Origin: an uncultured delta proteobacterium
GTDB taxonomy: Bacteria > Desulfobacterota > RBG-13-43-22
Length of the DNA: 64,000 nt
NCBI GenBank assembly: GCA_963711835.1
Contig: CAVQFQ010000005.1
Coordinates: 288,001-352,000, forward strand
Reading direction: 5' to 3'
How positions within the stretch are numbered: the stretch's first letter is position 1; every line of letters begins with the position of its first letter. Positions 1-9,771 of the stretch are shown here, piece by piece. The notes under the pieces are model-generated. The model ran no database searches. It was not told where the DNA came from and saw only the letters and a program-made list of their open reading frames with translations. The position numbers were made by a program, and so were the translations under genes.

Positions 1-15
1 CCTTGAACCCCGCTA

Positions 16-1836
16 TTAAAACGCCCCTTCCGGAATATCAAGGGCCGAGGTGTCCTCCTGCTCCAGGGTGGCGTGACGAGCAAAAACATTGGGCAGGATA
101 TTCCGGCAGAAGTACTTAACCGTTTCTATCTTGCCCTTGTAAAAGATCCCGTCCGCCGATCCGGCCTCGACCTCCTTCAGTTTTTCCCGGGCCAGCAACC
201 CCTGTTCCAGGAGCAGATGGGCCATCAGCACCTCGGAGAAACATTCCAGGAAGCGGGTGGAGCTCAAGGCGATCAGGCTGAGCTTCCCGCTCCCGAAATA
301 CTGCATATAGCGCAGGGCATAATCCCCAGTGGCCTGAGCCGCCTTAAAGAGGAGCTTAAAGTCCGCCCCAAAATCAGGATCTTCCTTGTACTGGCTGGTA
401 AAGGCCATAGCTTCCTGGATCCAATCCTGAAAGACCTGGCCGCCTGCCATGCCCAGCTTGCGGCCGACAAGATCCAGGGACTGGATATAGTTGGTGCCCT
501 CCCAGATGCCAACGATCTTTTCATCCCGGGCATATTGCTCCACTGGAAATTCCTGGCAGTACCCGACACCCCCCAAAACCTGTATGGCATCACGAATCAG
601 GATATAACCGAAATCGGATAAATGGGCCTTGACCAAGGGGGTTAGGAGCTCTACCTGGTTCATGGCCTTTTTCTGTTTTTCCGGATCCGGGTCAAATTCG
701 GCCACATCGATCAGGTAATAGAGCTTGCCGATCATGGCCCGCATGCCTTCCGTGCCGGCCTTGAGGTTCATCAGCATTCGGCGCACATCTTCGTGCTGAA
801 TAATCGGCACCCGGCCTCCCCGGCGGTTGGTGAAAAGCGGGCCCTGGATCCGCTCCTTGGCATATTGCCGGGCCGTGTCGTAGGCGGCGGCCGCCAGGCC
901 CAGGGCCTGAACCCCGCAGCCAATACGGGCTTCGTTCATCATCTGGAACATCTTGGCCATGCCGCTGTGAGGTTCACCCAGCAGGATACCCCGGCAGCCG
1001 CCCTTTTCCCCGAAGATCAGGGTTGCGGTTGAGGAGCCGTGGATGCCCATTTTATGCTCGATGTTGCTGCAAAAGACGTCATTGGGTTCCCCCAAGGTCC
1101 GGTCGGGGTTGACCCAGATCTTGGGCACGATAAACAGGCTGATGCCCTTGGTCCCCGGGGGACCCCCTTCAACACGAGCCAGGACCAGGTGGATGATGTT
1201 TTCTGCCAGGTCATGATTTCCGCAGGTGATAAAACACTTACTACCCTCAATTTTATATATTCGAGGGTCTTTTGATTCCGGGTCAGGTACGGCCTTGGTT
1301 CGCTGGTAGCCCACATCAGAGCCGGCATCGGCCTCGGTTAGACACATGGTGCCGGTCCAAACGCCGCTATTCATTTTTTCCAAAAAAAGGTTTCGATCCC
1401 CATCGGTGCCAAAATGCTGTATGACCCGGGCATTGGCTATGGTCAGGCCGGGATAGGTCATAAAGGCCATATTGGCGGCAACAAAGAATTCCGCTACCAA
1501 TCCGGCCAGTGAGGCCGGCAAACCCTGGCCCCCGAATTCCGGACTGCTGGACAAGGCGATCCAACTGTTTTCCCTCATGACCTTCCAGCAGTTATGGAAG
1601 GATTGCGGTACGCTGACTTCGCCTTCTGTATAGGTGCAGCCTTCCCGGTCGCCATCCTGGTTGGCCGGGCCTAAAACCTCTTTGCAGAGCTTTTGGGCCT
1701 CCTGAAGGATCATTTCAAAATCCTCCCGGCTGAAGTCCTTGTAGGCTTCATAGTTTAAGAGTTCCGTTATCTTGAGCCATTCAAAGAGAACGAACTTCGT
1801 ATCGCGGTCGTCTCGGTTAAAAAAATTTTTCCCCAT
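16..1836 (-). CDS. Acyl-CoA dehydrogenase (long type)
   Basis: 606 aa with acyl-CoA dehydrogenase motifs MCLTE, GxKxFIT, KMGIHGS, QVLGGVGY and IWEGTN. Confidence 0.93.
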   Translation of the reverse strand: MGKNFFNRDDRDTKFVLFEWLKITELLNYEAYKDFSREDFEMILQEAQKLCKEVLGPANQDGDREGCTYTEGEVSVPQSFHNCWKVMRENSWIALSSSPEFGGQGLPASLAGLVAEFFVAANMAFMTYPGLTIANARVIQHFGTDGDRNLFLEKMNSGVWTGTMCLTEADAGSDVGYQRTKAVPDPESKDPRIYKIEGSKCFITCGNHDLAENIIHLVLARVEGGPPGTKGISLFIVPKIWVNPDRTLGEPNDVFCSNIEHKMGIHGSSTATLIFGEKGGCRGILLGEPHSGMAKMFQMMNEARIGCGVQALGLAAAAYDTARQYAKERIQGPLFTNRRGGRVPIIQHEDVRRMLMNLKAGTEGMRAMIGKLYYLIDVAEFDPDPEKQKKAMNQVELLTPLVKAHLSDFGYILIRDAIQVLGGVGYCQEFPVEQYARDEKIVGIWEGTNYIQSLDLVGRKLGMAGGQVFQDWIQEAMAFTSQYKEDPDFGADFKLLFKAAQATGDYALRYMQYFGSGKLSLIALSSTRFLECFSEVLMAHLLLEQGLLAREKLKEVEAGSADGIFYKGKIETVKYFCRNILPNVFARHATLEQEDTSALDIPEGAF

Positions 1837-2074
1837 TTCTTTTACCTATTCCTTTCTCTTGCTTTTTTAAGGGCAGCCGCGAGAGGCTTTCATCCCACTG
1901 TTCCTGTTCATTTATAAATAATATAAACCCCTTTTGTCAATGGGCTTATGTCCTGTTATGGATATGAATTTGATATTATTATGTTTAACCGTTTGATAAA
2001 TGGGCGGGCCGCCCTTATCCATTCAAAAAAGCAAAGATTTTGACTCTCTAACCGCTATCTTGTATAAAGCAATA

Positions 2075-4073
2075 ATGGAACAAACCTTTAAACTGGTCTC
2101 CGGGTTCAGCCCTATGGGCGATCAGCCCCAGGCCATCGAACAACTGGTTCAGGGGCTGAGGCAGGGGCTGCAGCACCAGGTCCTTTTAGGGGTGACCGGT
2201 TCCGGCAAGACCTTCACCATGGCCCAGGTGGTGGCCCTGATCCAGAAGCCCACCCTGGTTCTGGCCCCCAACAAGACTCTGGCCGCCCAGCTCTACGGGG
2301 AATTCAAATCCTTCTTTCCCGAGAATGCCGTGGAATATTTCGTCAGTTATTATGACTATTATCAACCCGAGGCCTATATCCCCCAGAGTGATACCTATAT
2401 TGAAAAGGATTCCTCCATCAACGAAGAGATCGATAAGATGCGCCATTCGGCCACCCGTTCCCTGCTGACCCGAAAGGACGTTCTGATCGTAGCCAGTGTT
2501 TCCTGTATTTACGGCTTAGGCTCCCCGGAAGCCTACCAGGGGATGCTCCTCTCCTTGACTGAGGGAGAGGAAATTTCCCGGGAATCGGTTTTGGCCAAGC
2601 TGGTATCCATGTTGTATGAAAGAAACGACTTCGATTTCCATCGGGGGACCTTCAGGGTCCGGGGGGATAATGTTGAGGTTTTTCCGGCCTATGAAGCGGA
2701 CCAGGCGGTTCGAATCTCCTTTTTTGGAGATTGCATCGAGGCCATCTCGACCCTCGACCCCTTGCAGGGGAAAACCAGGGAACGGCTGCAGCAAGTCCAC
2801 CTATTTCCCAACAGCCATTATGTGACTACCCCGGACCGGATAGAAAAGGCTATGAGGGCCATTGAAGAGGAACTCGAGGAACGGATCCCTTTTTTCCGGT
2901 CTCAGAATAAATTGATCGAGGCCCAACGGATCGAAGAACGGACCCGCTTTGATCTGGAAATGATGAAAGAGCTGGGTTACTGTCACGGCATTGAAAATTA
3001 TTCCCGGCACCTGACCGGGCAGGCTTCCCGGGCAGCCGCCCCCTACCCTCCTGGAATATTTCCCCCGGGACTTCCTCCTTTTCACCGATGAAAGCCATCT
3101 GGCCATTCCTCAGCTCCAGGGCATGTATCGGGGAGATCGTTCCCGAAAAGAGACCCTGGTGAATTACGGCTTCAGGCTGCCCTCGGCTCTGGACAACCGG
3201 CCTTTAAATTTTCAGGAATTTGAAGGCCTGGTCCATCAGGTCATTTATGTTTCCGCCACGCCGGCCGAGTATGAATTGAAAAAAGCCCAGGGGCTGGTGG
3301 CGGAACAGATCATCCGCCCCACCGGTTTGACCGACCCCGAGATCCGCGTCTTTCCGGCCGAAAATCAGGTGGAACATCTCAGGCAGGCCCTTGAAAAAAG
3401 GGTGGCCAAAAAAGAGCGGGTCCTGATGACCACCCTGACCAAACGGCTGGCGGAAAATCTGACGGAATATTATCAGGAGATGGGTCTGAAGGTCCGCTAC
3501 CTCCATTCGGACATCGCTACCCTGGAGCGGATTGAAATAATCCGGGATTTGCGGCTGGGGGTCTTTGACGGCTTGATCGGCATCAATCTCCTCAGGGAGG
3601 GTCTGGATCTGCCGGAAGTAAGTCTGGTGGCCATCCTGGATGCCGATAAGGAAGGCTTTCTCCGTTCCAGCCGCTCTCTGATCCAGACCTGCGGCCGGGC
3701 CGCCCGAAACATCGCGGGCGAGGTTTATCTCTACGCCGACCGGATGACTCAATCCATGAAAACCGCCATTGAGGAAACCGAAAAACGCCGGATCATCCAG
3801 ATGGCCTATAACAAAAAACACCGGATCACCCCGACCTCCATTAAAAAATCAATTAACGATATCCTTTCTTCCGTTTATGAAGCGGATTATTACACCGTGC
3901 CCGTGGCCGGTGAAGCGCAAAGGGAATTTGTCGAACCGAAGCAGATCCCAAAGCGTATCAAAGAGCTCAAGAAACGGATGAAAGAGGCGGCCGCCCGCCT
4001 TGACTTTGAGGAGGCGACTGAATTGAGGGATCGGATCAAAACCCTTCAGGAAGAGGAGTTATTATGGAAATAA
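2075..4073 (+). CDS. uvrB: Excinuclease ABC subunit B, split by a +1 frameshift near 3017-3019
   Basis: Motifs [32 protein letters not shown] and a C-terminal UVR coil. Removing one G from accgggcagg restores [29 protein letters not shown]. Confidence 0.95.
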
Positions 4074-4100
4074 GCAAGGATGGGTTTTTAAGGAGCGCTT

Positions 4101-5657
4101 ATGAGTGCCTGGGAATTTAGCGGATTGTTGCTGGTCGGCTTTGTCCTGGGTCTGGCCCTGGCCTGGCTGTTTTTTCGGGGCCGGACCTCCCAAAAAATAA
4201 CCCAGGCCCTGCAACCCAGCCAATCGGAACTGGCCGTCCTTAAGGAACGTCTTAGCGGACGGGAGTCTGAAATTCAGGGCTTGCAGGCCAACGATCGGGA
4301 AACGGTCCTGGATATGGGCAGGCTCCGAGATAGCCTTCTTGAGGAGAGTCAAAAACGGGCAGCGGCCCAGAAAGAGCTTGAACAGTTGGCTCCCTTAAAA
4401 ATCCAGCTTCTGGAACGGGAAAAAGAAAATTCGGTCTTACGGGAAGAGATCACCGGTCTGAAACAAGTGCAGGCTGAATTGGAAACCACCCTGCACCAGG
4501 AGCGCCGGGCCATGGAAGAAAAGATCGCCTTCCTGAACGAGGCCAGCCAAAGGATGGAACAGGCCTTTAAAGCCCTTTCCCTGGAATGCCTGCGGGCGAA
4601 TAACCGGCAATTCCTGGATCTGGCCCAGGCCACCCTGGAAAAATTTCAGACCGAGGCCAAGGGGGACTTGGAGCAAAAACAGAAGGCCGTAGAAGGGACC
4701 GTGGCCCCCCTAAAAGAAACCCTGGAAAAATATACCCAACAAGTCCAGGCCATGGAAACAGCCCGCCAGCAGGCCTACGGCAGCCTGAGCCAATATCTGG
4801 AGAGCATGGCAGCCACGGAACAACGCCTGCAAATGGAGACCGGCAATTTGGTCAAGGCCCTGAGAGCCCCCCAGGTACGGGGGCGATGGGGAGAAATCAC
4901 CTTGCGGCGGGTGGCCGAACTGGCCGGCATGTCGGCCCATTGTGATTTCAGCGAGCAGGAGTCCGTCCTTTCCGAAGATGGACGGCTGCGCCCAGACATG
5001 CTGGTAAAGTTACCGAATAACAAGCTGGTCGTGGTCGATTCCAAGGCCCCTTTGCAGTCCTATTTGGATTCCCTGGAAAGCCAGACCGAAGAGGATCGCA
5101 AGAACAAACTCCGGGAACATGCCCGGCTGATCCAGGTTCACCTGCAGAAGCTATCAGCCAAGAACTACTGGGACCAGTTCCCGGAGACGCCTGAATTCGT
5201 CATCCTTTTTTTACCCGGGGAGAATTTCTTCAGCGCCGCCCTGGAACAAAACCCCCATCTGATCGAAGAAGGGGTGAATCAAAAAGTGATTCTGGCCACC
5301 CCGACCACCCTGATAACCCTGCTCCGGGCCGTAGCCTACGGCTGGCGCCAGGAGAGTCTGGCGGAGAACGCCCAGGCCATCAGCGAATTGGGGAAAATAC
5401 TTTACGAACGCCTGGCCAAGATGGCCGGCCATCTGGAGGTCTTGGGAAAGTACCTTGACAAATCCGTTCAGACCTATAACGAATCCATCGGGTCTTTGGA
5501 AACCCGGGTCCTGACCGCGGCCCGAAAATTCAAGGAGCTGGGCATCAGTTCCAAATGGGAAATAGCCGAGTTGCAGCCTCTCGAAAAAACCTCCCGGGCC
5601 CTCCAGGCCCCGGAGCTCCTCACTTCTGAAACTGAAGACAGCAGTGATGGCCAATAA
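4101..5657 (+). CDS. rmuC: DNA recombination protein RmuC
   Basis: N-terminal TM, long coiled coil, motifs RGRWGE, RPDMLVKLP, VVDSKAP and ATPTTL. Confidence 0.93.
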   Translation: MSAWEFSGLLLVGFVLGLALAWLFFRGRTSQKITQALQPSQSELAVLKERLSGRESEIQGLQANDRETVLDMGRLRDSLLEESQKRAAAQKELEQLAPLKIQLLEREKENSVLREEITGLKQVQAELETTLHQERRAMEEKIAFLNEASQRMEQAFKALSLECLRANNRQFLDLAQATLEKFQTEAKGDLEQKQKAVEGTVAPLKETLEKYTQQVQAMETARQQAYGSLSQYLESMAATEQRLQMETGNLVKALRAPQVRGRWGEITLRRVAELAGMSAHCDFSEQESVLSEDGRLRPDMLVKLPNNKLVVVDSKAPLQSYLDSLESQTEEDRKNKLREHARLIQVHLQKLSAKNYWDQFPETPEFVILFLPGENFFSAALEQNPHLIEEGVNQKVILATPTTLITLLRAVAYGWRQESLAENAQAISELGKILYERLAKMAGHLEVLGKYLDKSVQTYNESIGSLETRVLTAARKFKELGISSKWEIAELQPLEKTSRALQAPELLTSETEDSSDGQ

Positions 5658-5658
5658 A

Positions 5659-5695
5659 AAGACGGGGTGAGCCATCGATGAGGCCACCCCGTCTT
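5659..5695. terminator. Hairpin between convergent rmuC and hsp20
   Basis: Arms aagacggggtg ... caccccgtctt, with flanking A- and T-rich tracts. Confidence 0.6.
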
Positions 5696-5759
5696 GAAAT
5701 ATAAATTTTTTTTTAATTTGTTAGTCTGTTCCTTGAATCCTGGATTATCGCTCCCTGAA

Positions 5760-6209
5760 TTAACCTTCTATTTTTATCTTCTTGGCTTCAGGGGCCTTTT
5801 TTTGAGGCATCTTAAGCAACAGAATACCGTCCTTGAAACTGGCTTCAACACCGCCTTCTTCAACCTCTCCAGGGAGTCGCAGACTCCTGGAAAAGGATCC
5901 GTAGCTTGATTCCAGGAGATAGTAATTAGCCCCTTCCTCCTCTTTCTTGGCCTCTTTTTTCCCGCTGATGGTGACTATGTTATTATCGATGGTCAGGTTC
6001 AGGTCATCCTTGGTTACGCCCGGCACCTCCGCCGTCAAGTAATAGACCCCTTCTTTTTCATAAAAATTTAAGGTTGGAACCCACTCCTCTCCTTTAAACC
6101 GAGGCCATTCACGCCAGAGACGGTCAAGCCATGCATCGCCTATGCCTTCTTCTCCAAAGGGAGTCATCCAGGAGGGCCGGCGGCCCTTTCTAATTAACGG
6201 CATGCTCAT
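5760..6209 (-). CDS. Hsp20/alpha-crystallin small heat shock protein
   Basis: Motifs AEVPGV, YGSFSRSLRLP and ASFKDGIL; C-terminal IKI. Confidence 0.93.
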   Translation of the reverse strand: MSMPLIRKGRRPSWMTPFGEEGIGDAWLDRLWREWPRFKGEEWVPTLNFYEKEGVYYLTAEVPGVTKDDLNLTIDNNIVTISGKKEAKKEEEGANYYLLESSYGSFSRSLRLPGEVEEGGVEASFKDGILLLKMPQKKAPEAKKIKIEG

Positions 6210-6461
6210 AATCAGCTCCTCCTTCCTTACCCAAAGTTTTTTTCTATAAATTTGGCGGCCATCAAAATCGGCTACCTTTAGGAAGAAAATTAAGGTCGAG
6301 GAGAAAGAGTGTCAAGGCCATAAACCGAAATTATGGTATCGTTCAAAAGTTATGGCCTTATATTTCTGATACCCGATGGAAAGGGACCGGGGGTCTCCGG
6401 TGAAAGAAAAAGTTTTCCGGCCAGCCCGGATTAGCAGGCACTCATTAATAACTGGCTGATT

Positions 6462-7592
6462 TTAAGGGGACCCGATCCGGCTGCCGACCTTTTCCGCCTC
6501 ATCCTTTTTGGCATTGGATTTCTGGACCAGGGTCTTGTCTTTCTTTCGGATCGCTTCCGCCAGGAGCAGCCAGCTTTCCTCCCTGAGCTTCATGTAGGTC
6601 AGGACCGTCCGGGCCCTTTTCTCCAACCTTGGGGGAAGGTGCTTCAGGGAGGCCAGGCGGGCCCGGCCGGACCGCCATTCCGGGAGGATGCCTTTTTCAA
6701 TGATTTCCTTGACCTGATCATCGGTCAGTTTGTCCTGGCGGGCCTGCCCGAGGGCCTGATTAAAGGTGGCGATCAGGTTTTTTTCCATTTCCAGGAAACG
6801 GTCCATCTCCTGGTCGAAGCGGGCCACATCCTTGGGCAAGCCCAGGAAAACAACAATCAGGATCCCGGCGCCGATCAGGGCCACCCGAGCGCTTCGTCCC
6901 GGTCTGGTCTTAATCCCGGCTTCGGTCAGGGGATGGGAGAGCAGCAGGGCGCAAAAAAATCCCATGACCAACCCCCCCACATGAGCCGCCATGTCAATAT
7001 GGGTTTGGCTCAGCCCAGCTATCAGGTTATAGCCTAAAAAAATCAGGGCGTCCCTGGCGATCCTCTTTCGGATCCCCGGCGGCAAGGCCAGGTTATTTCG
7101 GATGAGCAGTCCCAACAAGGCCCCGAAGAGGCCGAAAATGGCCCCCGAGGCCCCGGCGCTGACTGCCAGAGGGTTCCAGATCAGGCTGGCCAGGCTTCCG
7201 CCGACGCCCGAGATGAGATACAGAAACATAAACCCGAGATTGCCGAGCAACCGTTCTACCAGAAAACCCACCGCAAAAAGGACATACATGTTAAAAAGGA
7301 GGTGAATCAGTCCGATGTGGATGAAGGTATTGCTGATCAGGCGCCACCATTCCCCACCCAGGGTCCGGGGCCCGTAGTTGGCCCCCCAATTAACCAGATC
7401 TTCCGTTGCCGGGTCCCAGAAACCGGTTCCCGTCAGAACCATGCCCAGGAAGATGATAAGATTTAAGACAATAAAGGCCGGAGTTACCATGGCCTGGGGA
7501 GTGGCCTGGTACAGGACCTCCTGAAACTTATCTAAGACCTCTTCCGGATCCGGCCCTTCTTTTTCCGCCGCCTGCTTCAGTTCTTCGGACAT
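6462..7592 (-). CDS. Rhomboid intramembrane serine protease with C-terminal helical extension
   Basis: WWRL, HLLFNM, GASG catalytic Ser motif, AHVGG. Confidence 0.92.
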   Translation of the reverse strand: MSEELKQAAEKEGPDPEEVLDKFQEVLYQATPQAMVTPAFIVLNLIIFLGMVLTGTGFWDPATEDLVNWGANYGPRTLGGEWWRLISNTFIHIGLIHLLFNMYVLFAVGFLVERLLGNLGFMFLYLISGVGGSLASLIWNPLAVSAGASGAIFGLFGALLGLLIRNNLALPPGIRKRIARDALIFLGYNLIAGLSQTHIDMAAHVGGLVMGFFCALLLSHPLTEAGIKTRPGRSARVALIGAGILIVVFLGLPKDVARFDQEMDRFLEMEKNLIATFNQALGQARQDKLTDDQVKEIIEKGILPEWRSGRARLASLKHLPPRLEKRARTVLTYMKLREESWLLLAEAIRKKDKTLVQKSNAKKDEAEKVGSRIGSP

Positions 7593-7613
7593 GATGGTTT
7601 CCTTGTAATGAAC

Positions 7614-7766
7614 TACTCCGCAGCAAGCTACAGGGTAGCCTAGGTCAGGCCGGACTTGATAAGCCTGCCCCGGCAGGCATTAAGCCGGGGCATCCAGTTT
7701 GGTTTATTGGATTCCGGCCTGCGTCGGAATGACGGATTCGCGGCAAGCCGCGGGGTATTAAACCCT
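7614..7766. repeat. Nested REP-like/MITE-like palindromes
   Basis: ccgcagcaagctacaggg and cgcggcaagccgcgggg flank gtcaggccggacttgat...catccag and tggattccggcctgcgtcggaatgac. Confidence 0.55.
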
Positions 7767-8191
7767 AAAAGAGAAAAAGTGTTATTCGTGAAATGGCTTG
7801 GATTTTATCTCAATAGGCAACCCATACGCAACCCTTTTCCTTGGTTTGCAAGGGGTGGACTTATGGGATTCTTCACCATCAATTCGAAACCAACCGGGAA
7901 GACCTGGGGCAGTCAAAGCAGCTCTTACATGGGATTGAGGCCCTTAGATATTTGATGGTGGGTCTAAAATCTTATCCCTGGAAACCCCTTAAAAAGGAGC
8001 AATTGCGCCGGGGTCCCTTGACCCTATCAGATATAGCGGCCCTGGATATAAAGAGGGCTTGGCGGGAGGCCCGGGGGGAATGGGATTATGATTATTTGGG
8101 AATTATGGGATGAATGAGGAAGTTAAGATTTTATATTTCAAACACTGCCAAGCAGCCTGAAAAGACTTCCTAAGGTCTTGTTTTTGAATTT

Positions 8192-8226
8192 TGGGGTGGG
8201 TCAACTCTGACCCACCCCTTTCTTTC
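8192..8226. terminator. Terminator-like hairpin
   Basis: ggggtgggtca-actc-tgacccacccc followed by tttcttt. Confidence 0.55.
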
Positions 8227-8273
8227 AGGTGGGATGACGCTGGCCTGATCAATGAAGAGCACTCAAGCCGGGT

Positions 8274-8877
8274 GACCGGAAACTTCTTGCCGATCTCAGC
8301 CGCTGTGCCTGGGAATCCCCGAAGGTCTTGCTCCAGGAGGCGGTTCCCGAAAACGATCCCATCCCCGGCGCGGTCCTCGCTGTGCAGACGTTCGGTGACT
8401 TCCTTGGATTCAATCCGCACTGCCACATTCTCGTCACGGATGGCTGTTTTTATGGTGATGGCGGCATGTTCCGCGTCGCACTGCCCTTTGAGCTAAAAAA
8501 GTTAGAGGCCCTCTTCCGGCACAAGATATTCAGGATGCTGCTGAACAAGGGGAAGATCACGGAGGAGATGATAGGGATGCTCTCGGCATGGAAACATTCC
8601 GGGTTCCATGTCTTCTGCGGCAACCGTATCTCTCCCGACGAGGAAACGGCTATGGAGAACCTGGCCCGCTACATCATCCGGGCGTCATTCTCCCAGGAAA
8701 GGATGGCCTATCTCCCTGATTAAGACCACAGTGCTTTACCTATCCAAGGACAACCGGCAAGAAAAAACTTTTGATGCCTTAGAATGGCTGGCGGCCATGA
8801 CCTCTAATATCCCCGATCACGGTGAGTCCCGCCACAGTTCTTTATATGGCTACTATAGTAACCTCTCCCGGGGGCTC
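8274..8877 (+). pseudogene. IS91-family (Y2 HUH) transposase fragment, truncated at both ends and frameshifted near 8720
   Basis: QTFGDFLGFNPHCHILVTDG (HUH), WKHSGF, LARYIIR, DALEWLA and YGYYSN. Confidence 0.8.
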
Positions 8878-8934
8878 AATGCCTGAATGTAAGCCGGGCC
8901 GCGAAGCGGCGTCGGCATGGATGAATTGTTAGAT
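8874..8934 (-). other. Integron attC recombination site with a degenerate R' box
   Basis: Minus strand ATCTAACAATTCATCCATGCCGACGCCGCTTCGCGGCCCGGCTTACATTCAGGCATTGAGC. It starts with RYYYAAC, is palindromic, and closely resembles aadA-type attC as I recall it. GTT is changed to ATT. Confidence 0.85.
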
Positions 8935-9768
8935 CGGCTGACACAGGTCTTTCAGTCGATTGCACGGAGAACCAGACCATTTATGCTCGCAATGCAACAC
9001 GACGCAAAACTCGTTTTTTCTGGTCTCAAATCTTAGCATATGAAATCTTTCTTCATTGTCGTAATGAAAAACAAAGTTAAATACAGCTTCCTCTCCAATG
9101 TGCAAATCAAAATTAACTTCAGTGTTATTGCCCGCGTAATCTTCAGTAACGAGAAAAGAATGTGTACGTAGTGGACGAAAGAGCTTAAACTCGAATTTGA
9201 CTCAGGCTTGAATTATAAACCGGAATACCGCTTATGACCTTCCAGATGTTTTCTTCTATAAATCTTATTTTTTCCAATTTTGATATGGTATGGTTCATTA
9301 ATCCCAAAGCAATTTGCCCAAGACCAATATCCAAAGGTTGCTTGTCATCGACTCAGCTAAAGGGTGCATGTAATTGCGGAACTCCTTAAATTTCTTGAAT
9401 GTATCGAAAAATTCTGGAGCGATAATTCCCAAATCCTTTGCTAGCACTATCTTTTCGGCCAATACCAACTTGTCAAAGTCTTTTAAAGAGCCACCTTTCT
9501 TCTTAGGGTAGGAGAAAGGTGGACTTTTGATTTTATTGATATTTAGCGCAAGAACATTCGATAGTATTCCTTCAGAGTGGACATAGAGAGGTATACCATG
9601 CTTCTGTGTGCATTTATGATCGTCAGACTATCAATCGCGGTAAGAATTGTCCTTATTATCTGTGCCAGTTCGGGGTCGGACAGGAAGTAGAGATCTTTGC
9701 ATGTAGCCTCCAATTGGATCAGGACAGTATGCAAATTCTTCCGCCATTTAATGCGTCGAGGACCCGTA
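8929..9768 (-). pseudogene. AT-rich integron gene cassette, HEPN-like, 5'-truncated with about 3 frameshifts
   Basis: Manual translation gives ...TLEGILS...LAKDLGII...FKEFRNYMHP...; the stop TAA lies in the attC inverse core. Confidence 0.65.
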
Positions 9769-9771
9769 AAA

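Noticed and set aside
6288-6316. CIRCE element upstream of hsp20
   Set aside because: Only one half resembles TTAGCACTC; it is better read as a TTGACA -35 box.
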